Shown here one piece after another: positions 1 to 11,958 of a DNA stretch of 64,000 nt (position 1 is its first letter; each line of letters starts with the position of its first letter). The position numbers and the translations under genes were made by a program. Location of the stretch: assembly GCA_976226885.1 (NCBI GenBank), contig OZ320320.1, forward strand, positions 65,224,001-65,288,000. Reading direction: 5' to 3'. The DNA comes from Iphione sp. A-MEVVRFRX5. Its lineage: Eukaryota. Under the pieces are notes generated by a model. The model saw only the letters and a program-made list of their open reading frames with translations. It made no database searches and was not told the DNA's origin.

Positions 1-2445
1 TACAAGGTACTCTCACACCTGGCTATTGATGTATTTTCCTGTCTGTAACCTGTTCCAAGGTTTAGACGACTTGAATTGTCAAAGAACTAAGATACTTTGA
101 TTAAGCGCCAAGAAGTCTAGACCATTGTGGGAACCTGATTACCGTAAGGACGCATTTGGAGAAGTCCTGCGTGTGTGAGGATATACGTACATGTATGTCA
201 TTTTTCATTTGTATAAACTGTACTGAGTGTTTATGATTGTCTGGAGAGCTATCAGGCGGATAGACTGGAAATTCCAGATGTAAAATTGGGAACGACTATG
301 TGATAAAATCATATATTGCACCACATTGCACCACAATCAAATTAAAATTCTTTGAGAAACTATATATCCAATTGTGAGTTTGCTTACCAAGTGACCCGTC
401 GATGGCAAATGAGGGGTTTGTCCATCTCTGGTATCTTTCGGATTGCTGGCAACACGTAAGCCTTATACATTTCCTCGCTGTACAACTGAACATGTTCAAT
501 CAAAAGGCAAATTCAAGATCTTTTGAAAACATCACTAACATTGTAACAACGTTATTTCTTAACATTGATTGAGGCTCTTTTTTGAGATCTTTTGAATGCA
601 TTGTGGAAAAACTTAAAAAACATCATTTCATGCATTGTTTAAAGCTCTCATTTGGTCTTTTAAAAATGCTGTGAAAACATTGTGTTTTTTGGTATTGTCA
701 CTAGGGATGTGCTGCTGGCCAGCACCTCTTGCCATATTCTGTGTACACATATTCATGAAATTTTAGCATTAGTAGGAGATATATTCTTTTAAGGTTTGCA
801 TTTAATTATCAATTCAAGACAACACAGAATGAAGGTAAAGCTATAGCCACAATGAAAGACCCATTACATCACTTGAGATACACCACCGATTTGGATATGG
901 CACTTCGGGTCAGACTTTACCTTTGGAAATCAGATTCGACCCTCAACAGGCCTTACTCGAACAGTTACCGATTGTCCTAAAGTTGGCTGTATCGTTATAG
1001 ATCTCTTCGACTAGATGGTGGAACCCCCCCCCCCCGATTCTGTTTGAGTCGGCCAAAAATTGGGTCAACTCGCCACAGACGAGACTGGCGGGATATCTCT
1101 TCTAAGAGCAAAGGTGGCAAAGGAATGAAAAGCAGGCCAGAGTCTCCAACCACTGGTATTCAGCCTGATATTCGACAATCACCAAGGCAGCTGCTCCTGA
1201 CTAGGAGAAGGTCGACTATAGCCCCATCGTCCACTGTAGTGGAACAATAAATAAGACTTGGCCAAGAGGAGCGCAGGCAGACACACTGTCATAGTATATG
1301 GGGCAAACAAAATCTCAACATACATTATTAAAGGGCAAGAAAACAGCTATGTAGTCACCCATATTTTAGTTAACAATTCACATCCTTTCAATCGGTCCTA
1401 CATGTGTGTACCTACTCAACACCAGGCACCAGGAAATTTTATATGCACCTTTTTTACAGGAAATACATCGAAGTTCCCAATCTGGAGTGGATAAAACGAA
1501 CATAAGTGAACATATGATATATTAATCCGTTTTGAGTTAACAAGCATTAGAACAAAGCAATAGCGGTAAAGAACTTCCAGCATCAACTTCCAATCAACAT
1601 TCCTTGACATGATGCACATGTACATTGCTGGGTGTGCATGTATGTCAGGTAATCCACATCAGGTGATCCAGGTCGAGTGAACCGCTTGCTCACAGATCAT
1701 ACTGTCCATTTAATGTACTGTGTGTACTGTATTAACTGCAACACAGTAGGATGAATACTGCACAGATTCCTCCAGGTCAGACGTATGTCTAGACAGTATT
1801 TTTTTTTTAAAAACTCTTATGTAAAACTGTCATATATAAGCCCCACTTTTTTTCTGAATAAACAGACCCTTTCTCCTTGCACATACGTGAAGAATCACCC
1901 TATGCACAACAGTTTAGTGGATTTGGAGTAAATGTGATTCTTAATCTTTATTAGTTTATTTCATCTTTGACAACCAGAGCTCATCCAGTCATTGACATGC
2001 TACAACATGGCTAAACTTTCATACAGTTCAGTATAAGGATGTCCAGGAAAAATGCCCCACGCAGTGGAGACCGTGAGAAATGTTTTGTACATGGAAAAAC
2101 CACCTATTTGAGTGCATGTCAAGCATTGCATCTGGTGTTCGTGATAGGAATGCTATTCCTAGAAAATACGTTACTGGGTCTACGTAGTTGTACCTATCCA
2201 AGTAATTACTTGAGCCGGAGGAATCTTCATGTTGCAGGCATGCATTACGACGGTTTTCGGAATTTTGACTTTAGATCAATATCTAATATTAATCGATCCA
2301 GCAAAGAGATTTCATTGAATAGAAAGTTAGAATGCATGGACGTCACATAGAGAATCTCTTTCGTTGTACGGATTGCACCCAAGCAGCAAAAAACGTTTTT
2401 ACATCCTCGGTGTTGGTCCTCTTGCATATACTTTAATCTGTTCTA

Positions 2446-2604
2446 CAGGCCTGTAACCAAGGGGGTATCGGGGGTATCGGACGATACCCCCATAGACATT
2501 GATGACTGCAGACCTTCATATGGATAAACAAAAATTAGTTCCAGCCGTTGGGGTATTGGGGTATAGTCTGATACTGCCAACGAACCGTCCCGGCTACGGA
2601 CCTG
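2446..2604. mobile_element. Small MITE with degenerate TIRs
   Basis: CAGGCCTGTAACCAAGGGGG ... CCCGGCTACGGACCTG, with an internal GGGGGTATCG/CGATACCCCC palindrome. Confidence 0.5.
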
Positions 2605-3289
2605 GTTCTAGGCTCCAAAATTGCCACAGACTTCTTGATCTATTCCCCAGTACCTGGTGGGAGCCATTGTGACTATACACAGTGCTCGAGATGAATCGCA
2701 CACCATTGCCTAAAAGTACAGATCAACTAGTGTCATTTTGTACACGTTGTAAATTTATCGTGCCCCCTTCCCTTGTTGCATGTAGTTGAAAAATAGAATA
2801 ATAACACGTCAGGGTAAGGCAAAGATATTGAGAAAATTGAAACCCGTACAGAATATATGCTTAATCCATGACATTGCCTTCCTTTCCGGACCTGTACGTT
2901 TCCATTGAGTCACTACCGTTGCATGCAAATTTTAACGTTTATTGGGTGAAATACCTTTCAGACGAAGGCCCAGCAATTAATGACTCCCTAAATATGCAGA
3001 TTCGATTGGAACTAGATAATAACACTCCACAAATAAACAACAAGAAACAACGAGACAGGAGTGGAACGATAAATATGACCTGTCTGCCAACAGTAAAACT
3101 TCACACATTGACGAAGTGGCTGTAGCGCTCTTCTGTCCAAATCGTGGAGCATATTAATCCCAGTTAGGAAAAGATAATACCTGGCTTTGGTAATTACCCT
3201 ACCTCCTTCCCCTTGCTTTACTTATATCACAACTTACTGTGCATGCTAAGCTAATCTAGCCGGTCTCTCATAGGTACCCTTACACGAGT

Positions 3290-3680
3290 TGCTCACGTAA
3301 GTCGTGGTGCTCCTACCCGCTCCTATACGGTGCCGTCATTACCTCGCTTCCGCAGGCGGCGCCAGCGTCGACGCGACCTAATCAGCGCCCGTTAATTGGC
3401 TCCTGCGCACAGAATAGACATTATCAAGCGCCCATTGGCGGAGCTAATATAATTGTTGGCCGCCAATCAGTATTATTCTTGCCGACCTTATGCTGCTCGA
3501 CCAGATCAAAGACTCTTCGCTCTCTAGAAACTATTAGATAGTTTTCTCCCATCCGCTTGACTACTCAACTAAAGTGGTCCCAGTGTCATAAAGGGTCGGT
3601 TGTCGCCCCCCGGTGGAGCGGCGGGCGGGCGGGCCCCATCGATAGCAATCTTCTTCAAGATGGAGGCGGCTGGGGCAAAC
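3290..3680. promoter_or_regulatory. GC/CpG-rich regulatory island
   Basis: CpG-dense. Three CCAAT/ATTGG boxes, several TAAT/ATTA homeodomain cores, tandem GGGCGG boxes and a YY1-like CAAGATGGAGGC. No coding frame found. Confidence 0.35.
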
Positions 3681-5008
3681 TTCTAGTAAATATTTGGACA
3701 TTCCTTTTATTAGCTGATGATGTTTCATGCACATTCGGTCTGTCCGGAGTAACATTTTGCAAATTGTTCCAGGGCAACTCTATCATCTTTGAAAAGATCC
3801 GTATATTCTATTACGGCTCAGACTTTCTCGCGTTTTACTAGAATATTTTTAATGTACGTGCTGTTCGTTCTTACTCTCCCCTCTTCCAACTGTTATGCAA
3901 TTAAAGTGATGTGTTTTTTCCATTGTGTATTTTAGAAAGTGGCTTGTTTGATCTTTTTTCTTTATAGTGTTTACTTCAATGTTGAAAACTGTGTCATCGT
4001 GACTACAGAGAATCTTAATTTACACTAAGTGTCCCTTTCTTTGAAAAAACATAATCATCGGTTATTTAGCTTGGAAACGATTGGGGCATAAGACGTACTG
4101 ATCAACAACAAAGTATGTCAAATGGCAAAAGACATTGTCAGACCGTGCTGGATATATATCATAATCGTCATTTGCAAACCGAGAATAAGGAAGTATTTTC
4201 ATCTATTCTTCCCCATTCTTCAACAGAGCAACACCTTTGGCAAGTCAATTTAAAGAGCAGCCGTACTTTATTAACAAAGAGGGTGTGAATAAAAGTATAA
4301 TTTTCGTGTCAAATACAACAATGTTTGGAGAGCCTTGCTTCGAGAGTGGCATATTCTAACGAGCCCATTACTTGAGAAACCGAGATGTATACACTTTAAA
4401 TCATAAAATCTCAAAGGAAAAACCTTATTAATCTTGCGAATCAGTTGGTGAAATTCGATATCATTTTTAAGTATCAGTACCAAAGTGCTTTGATTTAGAC
4501 GTCATAACAGAATTATTACATGGGAAATGGTGTTTTGAGATATTTTGTGGATCTAAATGTACTTGTTGTCGCTAAGTCTTCTTCATGTGAATAGGGGAAC
4601 ACGCTAAATTTCACTGGATGAAAACTATTTTACCTATCGAACATTCATCCGAAATAAAGTGTTTCTATCAACAGCAGTTCACACCAAGAGTTGGATTTAA
4701 ATGAATTGGTTGTCAGTATATTTAGTTAGATTATTTAATTGGGTCTAATGCCCAGCCGAGAGTCTATTTTTTCAAATTTGCGCAATACCTCAATGCTCCA
4801 ATTGTTAGACATGGACGCTGAAGCAATTTGGTTCGCCTGTTCTAAGGTGGCAAAGGTCGTACAGGTCAAGTCAGCTGTCCTATAGACTGTATGAATATTT
4901 CGAGATGCTGAACATCCCGCGGCTTCCAATCTGGATAGTGACTAGCATTCCGTAAACATTTTAATAAACTTGCACCGACTAAGATGTGCAGCTCGTTTTT
5001 ACATGTAC

Positions 5009-5014
5009 TTTATT
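5009..5014 (-). terminator. Putative polyadenylation signal AATAAA for terminal exon B
   Basis: TTTATT on + strand, about 140 nt downstream of the exon B stop codon, the same spacing as for exon A. Confidence 0.55.
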
Positions 5015-5155
5015 CAATCACAAATAGGTTGGACATGTGGTATAATCATCGACGTGTATTACGGAACCGAAAATATCTATGAGGCGGAGGGAACGGGAGA
5101 GTACAGGTGGTAGTGGCAGGTGATGATAACTATGCAAGGGATGGGCTCCAAGGTG

Positions 5156-5342
5156 CTATCTGCCCCAGAGCCGCGATTGACATTTACAATTTTGCGCCCA
5201 GAGGTTGCACTTGCAGGCCATGTTCTCTCCGCCCTCACAGCAGTGCATCAGCTCGTTGGAGCTCCAGGGATCGCATACCTCGTTCCAGCGCGCGCAGGAC
5301 AAGTACTGCCTGTGGAAGGCCTCAACGTCGGCATACTTGCGC
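5156..5342 (-). CDS. Terminal exon B: RKYADVEAFHRQYLSCARWNEVCDPWSSNELMHCCEGGENMACKCNLWAQNCKCQSRLWGR* (107-aa precursor)
   Basis: Acceptor gttcattccactag|G, phase 2, open to TAG at 5158-5156. Cys pattern C-x6-C-x10-CC-x7-C-x-C-x6-C-x-C, same CKCNLWxxNCxC motif, C-terminal GR amidation signal. Missing from the ORF track because it has no upstream in-frame Met. Confidence 0.9.
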
Positions 5343-6061
5343 CTAGTGGAATGAACACAACATGTTCACTGACTGAATGAAATGGCCTGCGTATCCAGGA
5401 AGTCTTGAAACATAGGAACAAGATCAAATTTCGCGGTCCTCCTGGGCATTGAAGGCAAACTTATCTAGGAATGAAACTATTGTTTCTTTACAAAACGCTT
5501 TTCTTTACAAAAACGATTTATGGGTGCAGGAGGGAATTTCCAATGCATTCTCAGGCGTTAACATGTGGACTGCTTTCACGGTTGACTCACAGTTTTATGT
5601 GCTTGGGTGCCATGCTGAGTGTCTACTGTTTGTCTTCTGTGGAAAGAACTCATGCATATGCAAGAAAGGATGCAGTGCGATTATAGAAAAACGTGCATGA
5701 AGAACACTGAGAGAGGTGCTTGTTGTGCTGAGAAAAAGACCTAAGAGGAAATAAGATGTGGGGGTAAAGCTACAGGAGGTGGCAGGCATGGTCTGCAACT
5801 GTGTAGTAGGTATACATAAGCCATGCCGACCGTGCAGGCGGCCGTGCCGGCGGCCGGGAGCCAGGAGGGACGGCTACAGCCTATAATGTCACAATGTGCG
5901 GCGCAGTTCAGGCAATTCAGAGGTGATGCTCTGCGCACAAGATTCCTTTACCTGATCGAAAGTTGGATCATTACAACGACAACAGAAGGACTCTTTCTCT
6001 CCTATTTTCCCCTAGTAACCTGTCAACAATTTGTGTGTGTGCTCTGTGTTTTCCTTTTGTT

Positions 6062-6067
6062 TTTATT
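6062..6067 (-). terminator. Putative polyadenylation signal AATAAA for terminal exon A
   Basis: TTTATT on + strand, about 140 nt downstream of the exon A stop codon on the minus strand. Confidence 0.55.
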
Positions 6068-6205
6068 CTTTAATTCTTATTTTTCCTTTGGTTCTCTTTT
6101 CAGTATTCGTTATCTGTTTTTTGTTTTTCGTTTCCTGTTCTGTTTGGCACGCCATTGTTCTGTGTTGTGTGTGGGAGCAGGCGAGGTCCACCAGCGGCCA
6201 ACGAC

Positions 6206-6359
6206 CTAACCATTAAACAGCTTAGATTTGCATCTACAGTTGGTGTTCCACAAGTTGCATTTGCACGTGTATCCACTGCAGCAGGTGAGGCCCGGTTTTC
6301 GTGTTTCGGGCATGCACCAGTCGTCCCACTTCCCACATAACGCCTCCAGCCAGTTCGTC
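6206..6359 (-). CDS. Terminal exon A: mature knottin TNWLEALCGKWDDWCMPETRKPGLTCCSGYTCKCNLWNTNCRCKSKLFNG* (96-aa precursor)
   Basis: Acceptor tttctttgctctccaacag|G, phase 2. Cys pattern C-x6-C-x10-CC-x4-C-x-C-x6-C-x-C with the CxCNLWxxNCxC motif typical of agatoxin-like peptides. C-terminal Gly before the stop is an amidation signal. Confidence 0.92.
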
Positions 6360-8043
6360 CTGTTGGAGAGCAAAGAAACCAGCACGAATGGGTCAACGCA
6401 TAAACGCCGCATCATTATCCACTAAGGTACTGATAAGATGGTGATGGGCAAAGAGACCGAAAAAAAATAATAACCAGAAAAAATCCCTTTTCTAACAATT
6501 TCTTTTGATTTCAATTTTCCCGTAACTATAAAGGAGCTAGGCAAGAACCATTTAAACATACTAAGTAGACATCAGTGGCCTACGTTTTAGATCTACTCAC
6601 AGGCATGTTAAGAAAGTATACGGACAACATCGTTTTATATTACTTTTCTGGAAGTATTGACAAAAGCTTCAATCATCAGACAGGAATTTCTTGATTTTTT
6701 TGATTGCACGAAACTATACTGAAATAAGTATGAGTGTGCATAACAATGCCAGACATCACTGCATAAGAAAGGACTGAGAAAAGTCAACAAAGAATGTCCA
6801 GGAAAGTAAATTGTAAATTTTGGTTGATTAAAATGACATTTTCAGTTTTTCTCAGATCATTTACGATGATTAGTAGAGAGGATACAAAATTAGTAGACCT
6901 TTCGCTAATCCATGACTCCCCGAATAAACTCACTTACTTGGGATAAAACATAATTATTCTATTGCTAGGATTTGACAGTCTTACACAGAAGTTGATTCAG
7001 GCTATCGGACCTTTTCAATAAAGAAATGTAAAAATATTCATAATGTAACGAATGATAAGCTTGGACAATCAAAGTGGTTCAGTGGTCTATTCATAGACTA
7101 CATTGTCTTTCACTTGACTAAACGTTGTGACAAAGACAAAATGTAGGAATATACACATCTAGGTGAAGGAATAATGCTATCACGTCGAATATATAACATT
7201 GAAGAGGTGCCAGTATCAAACGGAAAATCAATTGTATTTAAAATGGATGCCGTCGTCCGAAAACTCCTTTGTATGGCTTTAATGCTAAATTAATTCCGGC
7301 CATTTCTAAATAAAGAGCCTGACATGCAAGCATTCCGTATATGAAACAATCTGGCTGCCTAAACTATTGAAATCCTTTCACTGGCCACACTATGCCTCAC
7401 TTGAAATTGAAACATTTATAGATGAATGATGGCTTGTCCTATGGACAGCCGAATCTCCTCTCTTACCCATTGGAAAATATATATATTTGATTACATTAAA
7501 CTGTATTTCCCTAGTGGACTATTGGCGATAACTATACCAGGCAGCTGATGTCAGATAATAGATATAATTGGCAACTGGTCCAATTGGGCACGTTATTTCA
7601 ACTTTGCTTAAGCAGAAGGAAAAAAATAGTTTGCTGGAAACAACTATATGATTTCTAAAGGGGTTCATGCAAACTGGCACAAAAAGGTAAAGGTCAATAT
7701 CATGCAAAATATGACAACAACTAAGGTAATGCAATGGAATACTCTCATTAGGACACTAGCAAACGGTTAAAGGTATCATGATAACATTTATCAAGCATCT
7801 AGAAAATGTGTACGAAGTACAGCTTGTTGTTAGTTTTTTTTGTAAAATAGGGACTCTTTTCGGGAAGATAATCTTGAAAAGTCATTATGTAGGTTCCTCC
7901 TACTATAATATTACAATGCTGTGTTTTCTTCAGTTGAACTTGAAGCGGGCGTTTGCCATTACACAGGAGAAGATCTACACCCCACTTCCTCTTGCAAATA
8001 TACGTCCGCTGGAATATTATGCAGAAACAATACTTCTTCTCAC

Positions 8044-8110
8044 CGTTTGACATCACGAAGGTACTCCAAGAGCTGCCTGTCGTCTTTATACCGGGAGTCC
8101 GAGTTTTGTC
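8044..8110 (-). CDS. Knottin precursor propeptide exon (G)QNSDSRYKDDRQLLEYLRDVK(R)
   Basis: ttatttgtgcttcag|GA CAA AAC...GTC AAA CG|gtgaga. 67 nt, phase 1 in and phase 2 out. The final CG plus the first G of either downstream exon gives Arg, completing a KR convertase site directly before the cysteine-rich domain. Confidence 0.9.
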
Positions 8111-9439
8111 CTGAAGCACAAATAAGACTTTTATTCACTGTTAACGGTTTGCTTTACTAGTGAACCGCGCTCACAGTGCGGCTACCATAGGGTGCATTTC
8201 TGAGCGACAACATGGGAAGGTGACGTGACATTTGTTTCATCTTAGATTTACAGAAGAAAAATGTTCCCCGAGGTGCTCACAGGAGTTGCTCTTGGCAGCT
8301 GACAACCTTTAATCTTCTAACAATATTAACTTACACTCGCAGAAATTAATCTTCTGATTTCCCACTGAGGAAGATCGGAGTTTAGCCTGATGATATTAGC
8401 ACTTGGAAAGACTAAATTTAGAACAAATTATTAGGGACAGGAATCTTGTTACACGAGGATGGGGTACGCCATGAACAAGTTTTATTCCCTGGGTGTAAAT
8501 GAAGAGGAGAGAAGTTTACATGACCAAAATGAATTGTACGAAACACAATACATTTTGAAACTGAAACTCCGATTCTGCAAATGGGCGGACTATTCACTGA
8601 CACATGGGAGATGTCATATTGCAAATACGTCTCGTCTTTGGAAAGGTTTAATTGTCTCCGGGGAGTCTCAACGGAGAAGGCATAATTAAATCAAGTTAAA
8701 GTAACACATTACACCTCGCATGGGTTGTGGGTAACGACACGCTGACGGGACGGCCTATCTCCATCGGAAATGCTGTAGTTGACTGAAAGTGGCGGGGCAT
8801 CATGTTTAATCAAAACGCATTAGCGACTGAAATAATATTTGTTTGCTGCAGTAGAACATTTCTCTCTGCTGCTTATCAGAAAAGCAATCACACACACGCT
8901 CACACACAAGAATGATTGGAGCGGATACTAAAGAAAAACGATTCCATTTCAAAATAGTTCATGCAAGATTGTTTTTTATGTGTAACTTAACCAAGCAGCT
9001 AATTTACAAAACTAGCGAAGTTAACAGATAAACCCATACCTGAATATAAGATTACGTTATAAATATACTTTAGGAATTATACTAAAATACCCGGAAACCT
9101 ACAGATATCTACTTTTAGGAAGATAGGGAAGTTTATGGAACTCTTTGTAACTAAAGTTTGGAGTTCTACTTGTACACGTAATACCCACAAGGAGCAATTT
9201 TGTCGAAATAAGTGCTAGAGTAGCATTAAAATTCAGCCAGAGTGACACGACGAGAGGCGTAGTGGAAGATAAGAAGAGTCGGCTGACTAAAATACCTGTT
9301 GAAGAACCTTTATGCATAGGTGAGTATATAAGCAGAAGTACTACTAGACCGGCTTCCCGAGCATACAGCTAGTCTGTATTGATGCTGACTCATGTTTTCC
9401 TATTGGCTGTCAAGTATGTTGGGCAAAGTATAACAAAAT

Positions 9440-10090
9440 TCAAATTAATGTTGCGAAAACAAAGTGGATGTGCTTCAACTATAGATATCCAGTTCGGAAC
9501 AAGTTTAAGCTGTACCTTGGGCCAGGAGGAACTAGAGTATGTGACAAGTTTTATGTGACAGAACCTAGGGGCTATGTTGGATCAGTGCTTGAACTTCAAT
9601 GCTCATGTAAGTGAGGTCTCTTGGTGTACAGCGCCCAAAATGAGATATTTTTGTAAATTAAAAGCTTTGCTCAATGTTGAATTCAAAGTACTGTTATTTA
9701 AGACAATGTTAATTCTAATTATAGAATATGGGATGGAGATACAGAGAACGAAGTAGGGGCGTTTGTGCATTTGTCTTTGCAGTATCGATGAGTAGTAAGA
9801 ACATTGATCGATACTCTACATACTGGGGAGGGGTTAAGGAAAGCAAAATGTGATAGGCTGGAGGTAAGGAGGGACTTTAAGTTGCTGTTCTATATGTAAA
9901 ACCAAACACAGATAGGGAAGGGCAAGAAACATCAAAATGGGAAAACAAGAAGGCAAAAGAACTTGACCTTCGGCAGAGAGCGACCAAAAAAGCGGGGTAC
10001 TGTGCGAATGTTAAGTATAAAGGAAGTTTATTTTGGAAAAATTACCCCCCAGAAAGTGGTATCTCTAAAATTACTTTAAATTTAATTAAA
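9440..10090 (+). mobile_element. Decayed LINE ORF2 C-terminal fragment in intron of knottin gene (antisense to it)
   Basis: INVAKTKWMCF, NLGAMLDQCLNFNAHV, LLFKTMLILIIEYG and GSLFWKKLP fragments follow the order of post-RT motifs in CR1/L2-group LINEs. Confidence 0.65.
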
Positions 10091-11855
10091 ACATTATCTC
10101 TAGTTGCAGGCATCGTCTGCACAGGATATGTTAATAGGATATGGTTCCTGTTCAGGGATCGTCTGACAGGAAGATGGTAATGAACGGATGCAGTTTCTTT
10201 ATCAAAACCCACAACCAGTACTCTATTATCATTTATTTTCATGTGCCATGCTATCACTTTTGCAAAAAGCTTTCTCCATGTAGTTTAGGTATCTTAATGT
10301 TGGAAAAAGACCTGAGTAAACGTACTGTATGTATATATCTCAGGTTAAATAAAGAAATAAAAAAAAAGAGTTTTCAGCAATGGAAATAGACACCCTTTTA
10401 TTTATAGGAGCTATTTATAGGAATAGAACATTCATGCAACTGTCCCTACAGCTGAAATTTTGCAATAAAATATAGTTTACACATAATTTCGAGAATACCT
10501 TTTACGAATTGCGCCCTGTCTTTCTGAATACCCCTTTCCCAGCCTCTGCTCTCTAAGGGGTTTGATTCGGCCGTGTGTGGAATTCCGACTATGCCGGGAA
10601 ATTTGAACACTGTACTGGGAGCACTCGCCGATTGCCATTGTTATGTGGGCAGGAAATGGGAGCCTTGCAAGAGTAGCTCTCGAAACATAATCAGGTCATG
10701 TCTGCATCCATTAGGTGGTACTGAGCTAAGCTCAATGTCATCTCCTGCGCGATTTGTCTTAGGAAACCCTACGCCCTCGTGGGAACTAGCCATAAGTGAG
10801 ACTGCATGCACGGACGTCGACAGAGTGTAAGAAAGAGAACAACAAACTGATGAAGGCATGTGAATATTAGCCTTACATATGAGCAATATAAAACAAGGGG
10901 GCGTCTTTGGAACAGGAATCGTAATAGCACACATATCAAGAGCAAAAAAGAGGTAACAATGCATGTATGTACGTGTATGTATGCGAGAGAAAGATGAAAA
11001 AACGAACATTCAGAGAAGACCATCCCAATTTGTGCAACAAATTGTACAAACATAGGTTGAATGCGAAAGACGCCCTTCGTTAAAACACATGATCAAAGTA
11101 TAATTATTCGATTAATTTCGTCAATAAATATTCAACGTTGATTCAATTAACAACGTTCAGAAAGAAAAATTCAAATGGTAGAGGCCTTCCAATACTACTC
11201 AGACGTATTTTTCAGGACCACGGTCACTCTACCTAGTCTGATACTAGAAAACTAGCTCCAATAGCGAAATCAACAACCAATTAAAAGTATACCTGAGAAG
11301 AATCATTCTGTGCATGACGACTAACCACATCAGCACTCAAAATAAAACACTAGTTTATCAACGGAATCCTAATAGACAAAACGCATTGATATACATACGC
11401 AATCCAGACACCCACAGAAATGAACATAACTTCCGTCAAATAAGCAAAAGACAGTGATAACGATGGAATCACTCCAATATCATGAGAGAGCGACAACGAT
11501 CAAATCAGTCCAATATCACAAGTCTCGTCTAATTATAGCTAATATAGTGAGATGAAGAAATAAATGGGTCGGCAGGCAGACGGATCGATCACTTGGCTAT
11601 TGATGGCAATAAATCAAATGAGTACGAGATGATTAATGGTTTGAGCTGCTCACCCATTGCTGCCTTCTCACCAGCCCGTACAGCCAGCAAGTCTGAACAA
11701 TCGTAAACGAAATGGGAAACTCTCAGGTTGGACATCATGGTGACAGCGACAATGTCGGGATGAGGAAGATGTATGGGGATATCAAAGGAATACAAAGCAT
11801 ACTAGAACCGATACGAGGATCGTTAAAGTTAATGTACCTTGTATTAGTACATCTG

Positions 11856-11958
11856 TAGTGGAACGTCTATTTGCGACCAACCTTCGAGTCTGAGCTCGAC
11901 GGTTCGTATTAGCCAGAATGGTTGCAAATTTGTGTCGTCTTAAATAGATGTTCGACTG
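11856..11958. mobile_element. Tc1/mariner(pogo)-type MITE
   Basis: Ends (T/C)AGTGGAACGTCTATTTGCGAC ... GTCTTAAATAGATGTTCGACTG|TA are imperfect inverted repeats. Shares AGAATGGT(T/C)GCAAAT with 26145-26324. Confidence 0.6.

Noticed and set aside
296-499. Cys-containing ORF (SCTARKCIRLTCCQQ) as a third knottin exon
   Set aside because: Wrong Cys spacing, no CxCNLW motif and no suitable acceptor.
5156-6359. Calling the peptides AgRP/ASIP
   Set aside because: Only 8 Cys and no RFF motif; the CNLWxxNC loop matches agatoxin-like peptides instead.
6360-6415. ORF-track start MMRRLCVDPFVLVSLLSNR as the N-terminus of a single-exon gene
   Set aside because: This stretch is the polypyrimidine tract and acceptor of exon A. 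A proper signal exon and a phase-compatible propeptide exon exist upstream.
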